Shown piece by piece: positions 1 through 10,402 of a stretch of DNA of 63,854 nt. Origin of the DNA: Schleiferiaceae bacterium (GTDB lineage Bacteria; Bacteroidota; Bacteroidia; Flavobacteriales; Schleiferiaceae); the NCBI GenBank assembly GCA_049631665.1, contig JBNAAX010000001.1, positions 1-63,854 of the forward strand, read 5' to 3'. Below the pieces are notes generated by a model. The model ran no database searches and was not told where the DNA came from. It saw only the letters and a program-made list of their open reading frames with translations. The position numbers and the translations under genes are program-made. Each line of letters begins with the position of its first letter. Positions within the stretch are counted from its first letter, which is position 1.

Positions 1-2
1 AC

Positions 3-206
3 GTTCAATTCATCCTCGGCACTCAGAGCGATATGAACATGCGTATTTTCAACACCTCAGGACAGGAAGTTTGGCAGAATAGCCGAGCGGACTTCATTGG
101 ACAGTTCAATGAAACTATTGACGTAAGCGGGTTGGCACGCGGAACCTATATTCTGCGCGTGGATACCCCGACAGAAGCTTATGCCGAGCGGTTTATTTTG
201 ATCTAA
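3..206 (+). CDS. 3' end of a secreted protein ending in a T9SS type A (Por) C-terminal sorting domain; 5' end lies outside the window
   Basis: Frame 3 is open from the window edge to TAA at 204-206. Translation ...MRIFNTSGQEVWQNSRADFIGQFNETIDVSGLARGTYILRVDTPTEAYAERFILI shows the typical CTD pattern (G.Y.L.V ... K/R.I.I at the extreme C-terminus). Confidence 0.7.
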   Translation, partial: VQFILGTQSDMNMRIFNTSGQEVWQNSRADFIGQFNETIDVSGLARGTYILRVDTPTEAYAERFILI

Positions 207-1558
207 GAAACGACCTCTGCCTTCGGGTTGGGCAACGCTTCGTACAAGAGTCTGTTTTTCGACTTTTCCTTCTTGCGATCTTCACGTGGTTTACGATCCT
301 TGCGATCGCCACGAGGTTTATCGCTACGTGATTTGTCTTTGTGTGGTCTGTCCTCGCGCTTATTTCGCGGGTTTGAACCTTTCCGGCCTTTACCCTTACT
401 GCTCGGACCTTTCCATTGTGGACCTTCACCAATATGTTTTGGCGGCTGCTCTTTGTCCAATTCTCTATCGATCAATCGCTCAATTTTAGAGAACTTGAAC
501 ATGTCGTCAGGGCAAACCAGTGTCACGGCCATTCCCTCCGTCTTGGCACGCGCTGTACGGCCAATACGGTGTACGTAGTCCTCAGCATCTCCCGGAACGT
601 CGTAGTTGATCACGAGATCAATGCCCTTGATATCGATTCCACGCGACATCACATCAGTGGCTACCATAATACGCGTCTTACCGCTTCTAAAGTCTCTTAA
701 AGCTTCTTCGCGAGCATCCTGCTCGTAGTCCGAGCTGATTCCTTGGCAGGCATACCCTTTTTGCTTCAGTTTACGGGCAAGCTTTTCAACTTTCTTCTTC
801 GTAGAACAGAAAATAATGATGGAATTAAAGTCGTCTTTATCGCCAAGAACGTGCTGCACGAGCTTTACTTTCTGCTCTTCATGCGCCAAAATGACCTTCT
901 GAGTCACCCCTTCAGCAGGCTTTGAAATAGCCACAGAAATCTCCTCAGGATCTTTCAAGATTTGCTTGGCGAGCTGGCGGATTTTTGGCGCCATAGTCGC
1001 CGAGAACATCAGGCTCTGACGTTCCTCAGGAAGCTGCTTGATGATTTTAATGATGTCGTCAAAGAAACCGATGTCAAGCATGCGGTCCGCCTCGTCTAAA
1101 ATGAGGTGTTTCACCGTATTGAACTTCACATAGCCGCGGGCGATGTGCGCAAGCAATCGACCAGGAGTAGCAACAATGATGTCCGCACCGCCTTTAAGCG
1201 CATCTGCCTCACCTTCCCAGCTTACGCCGTCGCCACCGCCATATACGGCATAGCAAGAGGCATTGGTGAAATACGCAATTCCTTGGATCTGCTGCTCAAT
1301 CTGGATGGCCAACTCACGTGTTGGACACAGGATAAGTACCTGGACACCGTCGCTTTCTTCTTCAGCAACTTGGTTCAAGGTTGGCAAGACAAAGGCTGCG
1401 GTTTTTCCTGTGCCCGTCTGAGCACAACCGATCAAATCTTTGCCTTCTAATATGGTGGGAATGGCCTTTTCCTGAATCTCTGTAGCCTCCTCAAAGTTCA
1501 TATAAAACAAGGCGTCCAGCAGGGTCTCGTTTAGGCCAAAGTCGGTGAATTTCTTCAT
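203..1558 (-). CDS. DEAD-box ATP-dependent RNA helicase with a basic K/R/D-rich C-terminal tail
   Basis: 451 aa. Q-motif region (FEEATEIQ), motif I AQTGTGKT, Ia PTRELA, II DEAD (LDEADRM), III SAT (FSATM), VI HRIGRTAR. The C-terminal ~70 aa are low-complexity basic sequence. Confidence 0.95.
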   Translation of the reverse strand: MKKFTDFGLNETLLDALFYMNFEEATEIQEKAIPTILEGKDLIGCAQTGTGKTAAFVLPTLNQVAEEESDGVQVLILCPTRELAIQIEQQIQGIAYFTNASCYAVYGGGDGVSWEGEADALKGGADIIVATPGRLLAHIARGYVKFNTVKHLILDEADRMLDIGFFDDIIKIIKQLPEERQSLMFSATMAPKIRQLAKQILKDPEEISVAISKPAEGVTQKVILAHEEQKVKLVQHVLGDKDDFNSIIIFCSTKKKVEKLARKLKQKGYACQGISSDYEQDAREEALRDFRSGKTRIMVATDVMSRGIDIKGIDLVINYDVPGDAEDYVHRIGRTARAKTEGMAVTLVCPDDMFKFSKIERLIDRELDKEQPPKHIGEGPQWKGPSSKGKGRKGSNPRNKREDRPHKDKSRSDKPRGDRKDRKPREDRKKEKSKNRLLYEALPNPKAEVVS

Positions 1559-1562
1559 CTAT

Positions 1563-2099
1563 TTATTCTAGGTAGATGTCCACCCTTACCTCAATGTCTC
1601 GCGCAATTATTGTTTTGGACCAGCCATCGCCAAGACCCCAAAGGTCTCTATTCACGGTAAAGGTGCTTGCCAAATGATTGGCCGAAGTTTCCTCTACTTC
1701 GATCTCAATTTCATTCGATACTCCTCGCAAGGTAAGGGAGCCTCTGAGTTTATAGGTGGTTACCCCTGAGGATTTTCCAACAAATACTACTTCCTTGGCC
1801 GTAAAGTCAATTCTAGGAGTCGCCTTGGTATTGAAGAATTCTTCCTTGTTTTTCAGGTGGGAATCACGGGTGGTAATTCCGCTTTTAATCGTGTTTGCGT
1901 CCAATGTTCCGGCAATGGCCACAAGAATATCCTCATCGTATTCTGCAGTACCTCGCGCCCCACCAATGGTACCTTCAACGGTGTTGAAAATCATGTTTCC
2001 AGCCTCAAAGGTGGCTTTTGATGACGGTGCAAATGATTTCGTTTGGGCATAGACACTTCCTGCAAAGAGCACAGCAAGCAATAGGGATAGTTTTTTCAT
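1563..2099 (-). CDS. YceI-like periplasmic polyisoprenoid-binding family protein
   Basis: 178 aa with a signal peptide (MKKLSLLLAVLFAGSVYA). Family-like pattern F.....GT..G.....I....A.....D...I.SG...RD.HL......F. Lies 4 nt upstream of the helicase start. Confidence 0.75.
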   Translation of the reverse strand: MKKLSLLLAVLFAGSVYAQTKSFAPSSKATFEAGNMIFNTVEGTIGGARGTAEYDEDILVAIAGTLDANTIKSGITTRDSHLKNKEEFFNTKATPRIDFTAKEVVFVGKSSGVTTYKLRGSLTLRGVSNEIEIEVEETSANHLASTFTVNRDLWGLGDGWSKTIIARDIEVRVDIYLE

Positions 2100-2123
2100 A
2101 GCTAAGGTGAAGGCCCTCGATAT

Positions 2124-3698
2124 TTATGGAATGAGACCCAACTCCTTTAATAACTCGTGCCTACTACCGTGGTTCGTGAATTCATCAGAAATCTTCCTTT
2201 TCACCAATTTCACTTCTAGGTCTTTATCGGCTACAAGGCCTGCTACAGCACCAAAGAAGCCTCCTATTCCTAGACCCTCTTCAAGGACCAATACATTGGC
2301 ATATCCTTTAAGGATTTCAGCTAAATCTTGAGGTAGCGGTTTAATCTGACCTACATGTAAGTGATCAAAAACGCCAGGTGCTACGAAGGAAGAAAGTGCA
2401 CCCGTAGAAAGCAGTAAAGAATTTGACCCTTCTCGTGAAATCCACTTCTTAGGTTCAAATTTCTCCAAAGTGCCACAAACCGTTTTGGCTTTTGGATAGC
2501 GAATAAATAACGGCCCTTCCAGCAAATCTTGCCTCGAATAAGCTTCTGCCATCATGGCTTGAAGTTCATCGCCATTACGCGGATTCCAGACGGTTGCATT
2601 CGGTACATCCACTAGAAAACCTGCATCAAATACACCGTGGTGTGTAGGACCGTCCGCACCGACCAAACCGGCTCTATCAACCAAGAAGATGACCGGTAGG
2701 TTTTGAAGCGCAATATCGTGAATGACTTGGTCCATGGCACGCTGTAAAAAGGTACTGTAGATGTGTACCCAAGGTCGTCCACCGGCAGCGGCCATTCCAG
2801 CCGCCGCGGTCACTGTATGGGGCTCGTTAATTCCTGTATCAATAAACTGCTCCGGGAATTCAGCACGCAATGGACCAAACCCGCTGCTTGCAAACATCGC
2901 CGGAGAGAATACCCGCAATCTATCGTTCGACTTTAATATCGAACGCATTTGCTCAGCAGCCCACCACTGGAAGGTTGTTCCTGGTTGGTAGGATTTACTC
3001 TTGCTTAAATGCGGCTTTGTGGTACAAATATGAAGCACCTGTTTTCCGCCACGGTCAATGACCGACTTTAAGGACTCAAGTAGCGATAAGACATCATTAC
3101 CCTCGGCAAGGTAGCTGTATTCCCAGCCTAGACTTTGGATATAACTGCTATAACGGTTACTCTCGTGCAATGCTCCTACCGTTGGGTCTATGCTGCCGTC
3201 GTTGTCGTTGAGAACAACCACCGCATCTCCTGATAGAGTGGCTAAATGATTCAATGCCTCAAAGCTTTGACCGCCTGTCATAGAACCGTCTCCAATCACC
3301 GCTACGCGCTTGCGCTCGCGGCCCGATGCTGCATCGGCAATACATGCTCCAGTAAGCACACTTAATGAGGTAGATGCGTGTCCAGCCCCAAAGAAATCAT
3401 ACGGGCTTTCATCGCGCTTCAAGAACCCACTTATTCCATCTTTAGTGCGCTGTGTACCCAAGGCTTCCAAGCGACCAGTAAGGGCTTTATGGACGTAACC
3501 TTGATGTCCAACATCCCAAATGAGTAAGTCTTCAGGAGTGTTCAATAGGTAATGCAGTGCCACCGTTAATTCCGCCACAGCAAGGGAAGATTCTAAGTGA
3601 GGAATCTTATCCGATACACGTGCTACGATCTCTTCTTTGAGTTCGTTGGTAAAGGTGGTTAAGTCGACAGGTTCTATGTTGCGCAAGCGCTCAATCAT
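2124..3698 (-). CDS. dxs: 1-deoxy-D-xylulose-5-phosphate synthase, unusually compact at 524 aa
   Basis: Matches include LTVALHY, IWDVGHQGY.HK.LTGR, the ThDP motif IGDGSMTGGQSFEALN...LNDN, YSTFLQRAMDQVIHDIALQ, DRAGLVGADGPTHHGVFD and IRYP. Confidence 0.85.
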   Translation of the reverse strand: MIERLRNIEPVDLTTFTNELKEEIVARVSDKIPHLESSLAVAELTVALHYLLNTPEDLLIWDVGHQGYVHKALTGRLEALGTQRTKDGISGFLKRDESPYDFFGAGHASTSLSVLTGACIADAASGRERKRVAVIGDGSMTGGQSFEALNHLATLSGDAVVVLNDNDGSIDPTVGALHESNRYSSYIQSLGWEYSYLAEGNDVLSLLESLKSVIDRGGKQVLHICTTKPHLSKSKSYQPGTTFQWWAAEQMRSILKSNDRLRVFSPAMFASSGFGPLRAEFPEQFIDTGINEPHTVTAAAGMAAAGGRPWVHIYSTFLQRAMDQVIHDIALQNLPVIFLVDRAGLVGADGPTHHGVFDAGFLVDVPNATVWNPRNGDELQAMMAEAYSRQDLLEGPLFIRYPKAKTVCGTLEKFEPKKWISREGSNSLLLSTGALSSFVAPGVFDHLHVGQIKPLPQDLAEILKGYANVLVLEEGLGIGGFFGAVAGLVADKDLEVKLVKRKISDEFTNHGSRHELLKELGLIP

Positions 3699-3723
3699 TA
3701 GATAAAATTAGCGCAAAAAATCG

Positions 3724-3767
3724 GGTGAAAAATAAAAATTCCAGCTGCGCTGTGCGCCGCTGGAATT
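3724..3767 (-). terminator. Rho-independent terminator downstream of the RND permease
   Basis: 9-bp stem aattccagc (3737-3745) / gctggaatt (3759-3767), with an inner gcgc/gcgc extension. On the minus strand it is followed by tttatttttcacc. Confidence 0.7.
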
Positions 3768-3799
3768 GTAACTTAATCTAGAGCTTAGGTTGGGTATTT

Positions 3800-6700
3800 T
3801 CACGCTATTAATCTTGCAAAGAAGCGCTGCATTCTTTCAAACAAGAAGTACATCACTGGTACAATTACGAGTGTTAAGAAAGTTGCAAAAGTCAGGCCAA
3901 AGATGACGGTCCATGACATTGGTCCCCAGAACACTACGTTATCACCTCCAAAGAAGATGTTCGGATCGTTCTCACTGAAGAGCGTATAGAAGTTGATGTT
4001 CATACCGGTAGCAAGTGGGATCAAACCAAGGATAGTTGTGATGGCCGTCAATAGTACTGGACGTAAACGCGTACGGCCCGCTTCAACGATGACCTCGATA
4101 AGCTCAGGATTGGCGAGCTTGTCGCTTTCCTCCATTCCTAACTCTACTTTTTTACGTGCGGTCAACTGCTTGATGAAATCAATCAAAACGATGGCATTGT
4201 TCACCACAATACCCGCAAGTGAAATGATACCAATCATGGTCATCATGATGACAAATTCCATGCGGAAGATGACCAAACCTAGGAATACCCCGATGAGTGA
4301 GAATACCACCGTCACAAGGATGATGAATGGTGTTGAAGCAGAATTGAATTGGCTCACAAGGATGAGGAAAATCAAGAATACTGCGATGAGTAGGGCGCCA
4401 GAAAGGAAGCTCAATTCCTTCGCTTGTTCCTCTTGCTCACCCGTAAAGTCCACCTTAATTCCACGCGGCAATTCGTAATCGTTCATCACCTCTTTGATGG
4501 CGTTGACCACCTCAGTTGGGTTGGCACCCTCGAGCACATTGGATTGCACAGAGATCACGCGCTTAAGATCAATACGCTTCACCGAAGAGAACGTCGAGGT
4601 CTTCTTCGCCTTGGCTACTGCTGAGATAGGCACCTGTTTGATGCGCCCGGTCGCTTGGTCACGGAAGGTGATTTTTTGGTTCATCAAATCTTCCACATTG
4701 TAGCGGTACTCGTCCGTCATGCGAAGGTTGATTGGGTAATCGTCCTCGCCGTCTTTGAATCGGCTTACTTCCTTACCAAAAAGTGCAGTACGCATAGCAT
4801 CACCAATCTGTGCCGAGCTCAAGCCCAGCGCACGCGCCTTAATACGGTCTACTTCGATCGGCATTTCCGGCTTACCCGTTTCAACATCGAGCTTCAACTC
4901 TTCGATACCAGCGATACCTTTAGCGTTAATGAACGTACGAATCTCATCGGCCGTTTGGACCAATTCAAAGTAGTCGTCCCCTGCAATCTCAATGTTTACT
5001 GGAGGCCCTGTTGGCGGCCCATTGCTGTCTTTGGCTACACTAACGACCACACCCGGGTAGTTGCTCAGCGTAGCACGAATCTTATTAAGTACGTCTGCAC
5101 TGTTCACGCGATTGCCTTCTGTATCTAAACGCTCGGCAAACGGGTGGAACTGCACGGTAATCTTCGCTTTATTCGGCGTCTGTGCCATCGAAGGACCGGC
5201 ATTTGGATCCGAAGTTCCTTCACCGACTTGGGCAATCACAGACTCTACCATGTAGTTCTGAAGGTCGCCGTTCTCGTCGGTAAAATTGAACTCATTCACA
5301 ATGGCCATCACCTCTTTCTCGAGCTCCAAAGTCACGGCATTGGTTTCCTCGATGTCTGTTCCAATAGGCATCTGGATGTATACCATAGCCTGGTTCGGCA
5401 TGTTTTCCGGGAAGAACAACGTCTTCGGCGGGAAAGCGCCTAAGAGCATTCCAGAGAATACAAGAAGTACAAAGGTTCCGATGAAGAACACCATGGGTTT
5501 CCTTCCATTCAAGGCGTAATTCAATACGCCTTTATAGCCACCTTCTAATGCTGGAAGCGCTTTGCCTTGGAACCACGCTGTAGCAGGAACTACCAGGTAC
5601 GCATAGATGAGGGCAAATACCCCGCTGTAGATAAACAAGTTTCCGAAGGCCATGGCACCTGCGCCATAGGCAATGAGCGCACCTAATACGATGGCTCCAA
5701 CCGAAAACATGTTTAATCTTTTCTTGTTCAATGGTGCTTCCTCTACTTTCATCAGCGCTGAAGTAAGACCTGGGTTGATCACCAAGGCAACGAACAACGA
5801 AGAAGAAAGTACAGTGATGAGCGTCAACGGCAAATACTTCATGAATTCGCCGAAGAGACCTGGCCAGAAAGCCAGTGGCAGGAAGGCTGCCAATGTGGTT
5901 GCAGTAGAAGCGATGATCGGCAAGGCTACCTCTCCGGCACCCAGTTTCGCTGCTTCGATGCGCGAATAGCCTTCGTCCATGAATCGGTAGATGTTCTCAA
6001 CGACTACAATACCATTATCTACCAGCATTCCCAACGCCAATACAAGGGCGAAAAGCACAATAGTATTCAATGTGATGCCCATCGCGTTCAGTATCACGAA
6101 ACTCATGAGCATAGACATAGGAATGGCAATACCTACGAAAAGTGCATTGCGTAATCCAAGGAAGAACATCAATACCAATACAACCAAGAGCATCCCGAAG
6201 ATGATGGAATTTTCAAGATCCGCCACCTGAGTTTTGGTTTGCTCAGACGTGTCATTAGTCACCGAAATACTCAAGTTGTCCGGGAAGTAATCGTCCTTCG
6301 CCTCCTCGAGGAGGTTGGCGATTTTTTCACTAACAATGATTTGGTTTTCACCCGAGCGCTTGAATACATCAAGCATGACTACAGAAGCACCGTACTGACG
6401 CGCGTAGGACTCCCGCTCTACCTCATCAAATTCAATTTCTGCCACATCTCCAAGACGTACAAGCTGCATCTTCTCACTCTTGATGATGACATTGCGCAAT
6501 TCATCGAGCTCACGAATCTCACCGACCACGCGAACGTTGCGGCGGTAGCCGTCGACCAAAAGGTTACCCCCTGAAATGGTCATGTTCTCGTTTTGGATGG
6601 CCCCAGCGATGTCGCGGAAGCTGAGCTCAAGGCTCTCCAACTTTTTCGTATCCACCAAGACACGCACTTCCTTGTCGTCGATACCACGGATATCCACCTT

Positions 6701-7252
6701 AGAAATCTCGGTCAGATCTTCAATGCGCTCCTCGAGGTATTCACCGTAGTCCTTGAGTTGGTCCAGGGAAAATTCTCCGGACATATTGATGTTCATAATC
6801 GGCATCAATTCCGAGAAGTTCAGCTCAAAAACGTTAGGATCTGCCGGCAAATCTGTAGGGAAGTCTGGCTGGCCCATAGCTGCATCCACCTTGTCTTTTA
6901 CCTTTCTAAGGGCATCCTCAGGAGTGACGTCAAAGTTGAATTTTACTTGGATGGTGGAATAGCCCTCTACCGAGGTTGAATTGATCTCATCCACGCCCGA
7001 GATACCGTTAATTTCCTTCTCCAAAGGACGGGTAATCAGCTTCTCAATATCCACTGGCGAGTTTCCAGGGTAAGGAGTACCGACATAGATTTCTGGCGTT
7101 ACAATTTCAGGGAATGCCTCAGAAGGCATCGAGGTGTAGCTAAAGATACCTGCCGCAAAAATGATTACGGTCAGTACGTACACCGTCATACGGTTCTTCA
7201 CCGAAAAGGTGGAGGGTCCGAACTGCTTGATTAAACTCTTTTTCTCTTCCAT
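3800..7252 (-). CDS. RND family efflux transporter permease (AcrB/HAE1-like)
   Basis: 1150 aa. Duplicated 6-TM plus large periplasmic loop architecture. The start is typical of AcrB-type pumps (SVKNRMTVYVLTVIIFAAGIFSY...P). Last gene of a tolC-MFP-RND string. Confidence 0.93.
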   Translation of the reverse strand: MEEKKSLIKQFGPSTFSVKNRMTVYVLTVIIFAAGIFSYTSMPSEAFPEIVTPEIYVGTPYPGNSPVDIEKLITRPLEKEINGISGVDEINSTSVEGYSTIQVKFNFDVTPEDALRKVKDKVDAAMGQPDFPTDLPADPNVFELNFSELMPIMNINMSGEFSLDQLKDYGEYLEERIEDLTEISKVDIRGIDDKEVRVLVDTKKLESLELSFRDIAGAIQNENMTISGGNLLVDGYRRNVRVVGEIRELDELRNVIIKSEKMQLVRLGDVAEIEFDEVERESYARQYGASVVMLDVFKRSGENQIIVSEKIANLLEEAKDDYFPDNLSISVTNDTSEQTKTQVADLENSIIFGMLLVVLVLMFFLGLRNALFVGIAIPMSMLMSFVILNAMGITLNTIVLFALVLALGMLVDNGIVVVENIYRFMDEGYSRIEAAKLGAGEVALPIIASTATTLAAFLPLAFWPGLFGEFMKYLPLTLITVLSSSLFVALVINPGLTSALMKVEEAPLNKKRLNMFSVGAIVLGALIAYGAGAMAFGNLFIYSGVFALIYAYLVVPATAWFQGKALPALEGGYKGVLNYALNGRKPMVFFIGTFVLLVFSGMLLGAFPPKTLFFPENMPNQAMVYIQMPIGTDIEETNAVTLELEKEVMAIVNEFNFTDENGDLQNYMVESVIAQVGEGTSDPNAGPSMAQTPNKAKITVQFHPFAERLDTEGNRVNSADVLNKIRATLSNYPGVVVSVAKDSNGPPTGPPVNIEIAGDDYFELVQTADEIRTFINAKGIAGIEELKLDVETGKPEMPIEVDRIKARALGLSSAQIGDAMRTALFGKEVSRFKDGEDDYPINLRMTDEYRYNVEDLMNQKITFRDQATGRIKQVPISAVAKAKKTSTFSSVKRIDLKRVISVQSNVLEGANPTEVVNAIKEVMNDYELPRGIKVDFTGEQEEQAKELSFLSGALLIAVFLIFLILVSQFNSASTPFIILVTVVFSLIGVFLGLVIFRMEFVIMMTMIGIISLAGIVVNNAIVLIDFIKQLTARKKVELGMEESDKLANPELIEVIVEAGRTRLRPVLLTAITTILGLIPLATGMNINFYTLFSENDPNIFFGGDNVVFWGPMSWTVIFGLTFATFLTLVIVPVMYFLFERMQRFFARLIA

Positions 7253-7274
7253 GTTGTTTGGATGGATTTAGGGA

Positions 7275-8408
7275 TTAACCCAATACTACTTCTTGACCTG
7301 TACGAACGCTGCGTGAACCTTTATCTACTACTAGCATTCCTGCCTCAAGGCCCGATACGATCTCAGTTTTGTCGTCAAATGTCAGACCTGTAGTTACCCA
7401 CGTTTTCACGACCTGGTAACGGTCTGTTCCTTCCATATTTTTCAAGGTGTAGATGAAGTCATTGCCTTCGACATCCTGTTGCACTAAGCTCGCTGGAACG
7501 GTCAACGCTTCGTCGTTTCTGTAATCCTCAAGTGCAACATGCACCATCTGGTTTGGCTTTACACCGTTCGCCTCAGGCAAGCTTACATTGATGGAGAATG
7601 TGCGGTTGCCTTCTTGAATGAATTGGCCCACCTGTAGTACCTCTGCAGCAACTTCATAATCCATAGAAGTAAAGGCTACACTCGCTGGAGTTCCAACGTG
7701 CACGCGATTTGCGTAGCTCTCCGGAACATCGGCTCTTACATACACACCGGATGTGTTCACCAATCGAATGGCCGGCATTTGTGGACCGGCCAACTGACCT
7801 TCTTTTGCGAAGATGTTGTCAATAGACCCAGCAAAAGGCGCACGAATTTCACTCAGCTCAATCTGCTCCTTCAAGGTTTTCACCTTTTGTACCAAACCGT
7901 CATAGTTGTTCTTGGCTTGCAAGTATTGAATTTCAGAACCAATCTGCTGGTCCATCCAAAGACGCTGTTGTTTTTCAAAAACCGTCTTGGCCAATTCCAA
8001 TCCAGTCTGCAACTCTGCCAACGAAGACATCATGATATCTGTATCTAGAGACAATAGCAACTGGCCCTTCTTCACAGACTGTCCATTCTTCACGTAAATC
8101 TTCTTTACGGTACCGCTGGCTGTCGTATATAAATTGATGCTCTTATCTGCCTCAACCATACCGAAGACGTCGAAGTAATGCAAGAACATACTTGGATCTA
8201 CTGACTTTGAAGTAACTACATCATATGCTTTATTGGTATCGAGTGCCGCCAATTGCAGCTCAACTTCAGAAATAAGCGCGCTGATGCTATCGCGTGAAGA
8301 AACCAATGCCTCTTTCTTGGCTTTTAGCTCATCCGTGGTGCCCATCTCTTCTGGCGCCCCACATGCTACAAGTGCAATACTGCTTAAAATGAATACTACT
8401 TTTTTCAT
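7275..8408 (-). CDS. RND efflux membrane fusion (periplasmic adaptor) lipoprotein, HlyD family
   Basis: 377 aa. Lipoprotein signal (LSSIALVACG), coiled-coil hairpin region, lipoyl-like and beta-barrel segments (IRAPFAGSI). Positioned between the OMP and RND genes. Confidence 0.9.
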   Translation of the reverse strand: MKKVVFILSSIALVACGAPEEMGTTDELKAKKEALVSSRDSISALISEVELQLAALDTNKAYDVVTSKSVDPSMFLHYFDVFGMVEADKSINLYTTASGTVKKIYVKNGQSVKKGQLLLSLDTDIMMSSLAELQTGLELAKTVFEKQQRLWMDQQIGSEIQYLQAKNNYDGLVQKVKTLKEQIELSEIRAPFAGSIDNIFAKEGQLAGPQMPAIRLVNTSGVYVRADVPESYANRVHVGTPASVAFTSMDYEVAAEVLQVGQFIQEGNRTFSINVSLPEANGVKPNQMVHVALEDYRNDEALTVPASLVQQDVEGNDFIYTLKNMEGTDRYQVVKTWVTTGLTFDDKTEIVSGLEAGMLVVDKGSRSVRTGQEVVLG

Positions 8409-8417
8409 GTCCTGTTC

Positions 8418-9746
8418 TTATTTCTGTGTTTGTTTAGTCATTAAGTATTCCAGTTCGGACTTCTTGTCCAAGGCATTCTGGGCAGCCATAAATTTGGCCT
8501 GCAACGCCTCTTGGTATTGTGCTTCACTCTGAGTCAATTCCATCGAAGATGTCATCCCCTCTTTGTATTCCAACCTTCTCTGATCGCGAATACGCTTCGC
8601 AAGCGCTGCGCTTTCTTTCTGAGCGAGGTAATCTGCAATTCCTTGGTGGAAGTCGTTGACCAACGCAGCATGCTGCATCACCAATCCATCTTCCATTTGC
8701 TGCAATCCAATCTTTGCTTGATCGCGCTGAATTTTAGCTTCCTGCACCTTGGCGCGTCCATTGCCCGAGGTAAATAAAGGAATGCTGATGTTCCCCGCCA
8801 CCAAGCTGCTCGGTATTTCTACAGCTTCGTCTCCAAAAATATTGGCCTCACCACTCATGTATTGGATGTTGTTTTGGTAGCTCACACCTATAGAAGGTAA
8901 GTAACCCAGTTTCTGATTGAGCAATTGAAGCTCTGCACCTTCTACTTGGTTTTCCATCCCCAGGTAGTCAACGGTTTTCGTAGGGTCAAAAGCTATATCG
9001 GCCATGGCAGACGCTGCTGCGGCATCAACCACCAATGCATCCATCTGGTCTGCCAACAGAATGTCTTGCTGCACCGGGAATCCCATCTGAAGCTTGAGAA
9101 GCATCTTCGCCACTTTAGCTTGACCTTCCGCATAGCGTACAGCATTCTTGATGTTGTTGTAGTTGAGCATCATTTGATCGGCATCCGCTTTAGACACTAA
9201 CCCCGCCTCGTTCATTTTTTGCATTTCAAATGCGAGGTCTTGCAAATAGCCTTCGTTCGCCTTCAATACGCCGATGCTCTCCTCGCTCAACAACGCCAGA
9301 TGGTAGGCCTTTGCTACCTCTCTTTTAAGTTCGGCTTTGCTCTGTTCCATACCGATAGAAGCACCGTCCTTGAGAACTTTTGCCGCCATAAGTCCAGCGA
9401 CATAGGATCCGTCGAAAATCAACTGGTTCACCGCTAAACCGGCCTGAGCTTGGTAGTCCGTTCCGAATACCAACTCGTCCAAAACACCATCGCCATTAAA
9501 ATCAGTCACCAAAGCACCAAGCTCGACATTGTAGATGTATTGTCCACTGGCCGATGCCTGAGGCAAACCGTAAGCAAGGTTCTGACGGTAAATTTGTTTG
9601 GCACGCTCTATCTCAAGCTTGGCAATCTGTACACCGTAGGCGTGGTCAAGTGCATACTCCTGGGCCAAAGCCAAGGTGAATTTCTCTTGAGCACTTACGG
9701 TGCTAGACAAGCACAAAGACAGAAAGAGCAATCCTAATTTTCTCAT
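8418..9746 (-). CDS. TolC-like outer membrane efflux protein
   Basis: 442 aa with a signal peptide and two-repeat alpha/beta OEP architecture (tandem coiled segments). Its start overlaps the tetR stop by 4 nt. Confidence 0.88.
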   Translation of the reverse strand: MRKLGLLFLSLCLSSTVSAQEKFTLALAQEYALDHAYGVQIAKLEIERAKQIYRQNLAYGLPQASASGQYIYNVELGALVTDFNGDGVLDELVFGTDYQAQAGLAVNQLIFDGSYVAGLMAAKVLKDGASIGMEQSKAELKREVAKAYHLALLSEESIGVLKANEGYLQDLAFEMQKMNEAGLVSKADADQMMLNYNNIKNAVRYAEGQAKVAKMLLKLQMGFPVQQDILLADQMDALVVDAAAASAMADIAFDPTKTVDYLGMENQVEGAELQLLNQKLGYLPSIGVSYQNNIQYMSGEANIFGDEAVEIPSSLVAGNISIPLFTSGNGRAKVQEAKIQRDQAKIGLQQMEDGLVMQHAALVNDFHQGIADYLAQKESAALAKRIRDQRRLEYKEGMTSSMELTQSEAQYQEALQAKFMAAQNALDKKSELEYLMTKQTQK

Positions 9747-10360
9747 TCTTCGTTGTTTATTATTTGATTTAAATATTGAATTCCTTTGTCAGAGGCTATC
9801 CCTCTAATGTGGTACCTGAGGCTTGTTTGACGCAGCTCATCAAGGTCCGCTGGACGCTCCGCAATGTTGTTTTCGTGGGTCGCCAAAATGTGTCCGTAAT
9901 ACAGGATAGTGATGTGGTCTACGGCAATGTCTTGACGGTACAGGCCTTCTTTCATCCCCTTTCTCAAATTGTCCTGAGTAATCTTGAATACGAGCTCCTC
10001 ACGCTTCTTTTTTAATCGCGAGGCCAATTCCGGATAGTACTGCTCCAGCTGTACTATCAATCGGTCCTCATCGCCACGCATATGCTTCTCAGCAAAGCGC
10101 TCAATAGCAAAGAGGTTATCAATGGCATTGCCCCCGTTTTTCTCGAGAACTTCATACAAGACGCCTTCCATGCTTTGGGCGAAAAAGCTGAACGATTGAA
10201 AGATAAAATCGGGTTTGTTCGACACGAATTTGTAGAGCGTCTTTTTAGAAATTCCACAGGCACTGGAAATTTGTTCCATAGTAACTGCCTTGATTCCGAA
10301 CTTTCTGAAAAGCTCGAATCCGGTGGCAAAAATTTTTACAGCGTCTGCAGTAATGCTCAT
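9743..10360 (-). CDS. TetR/AcrR family transcriptional regulator, first gene of the efflux operon
   Basis: 205 aa. N-terminal HTH FRKFGIKAVTMEQISSACGISKKTLYKFVSNK. Confidence 0.85.
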   Translation of the reverse strand: MSITADAVKIFATGFELFRKFGIKAVTMEQISSACGISKKTLYKFVSNKPDFIFQSFSFFAQSMEGVLYEVLEKNGGNAIDNLFAIERFAEKHMRGDEDRLIVQLEQYYPELASRLKKKREELVFKITQDNLRKGMKEGLYRQDIAVDHITILYYGHILATHENNIAERPADLDELRQTSLRYHIRGIASDKGIQYLNQIINNEE

Positions 10361-10402
10361 TCGTCGTTAGGGTAGGCACGGAGGCCGTTTTACATCATAT
10401 CA

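Noticed and set aside
133-150. TGGCAC hexamer resembling the -24 element of a sigma-54 promoter (rpoN is in the window)
   Set aside because: The required TTGC -12 element is absent at the correct spacing (tggcac gcgga accta), and the site lies inside a coding region.
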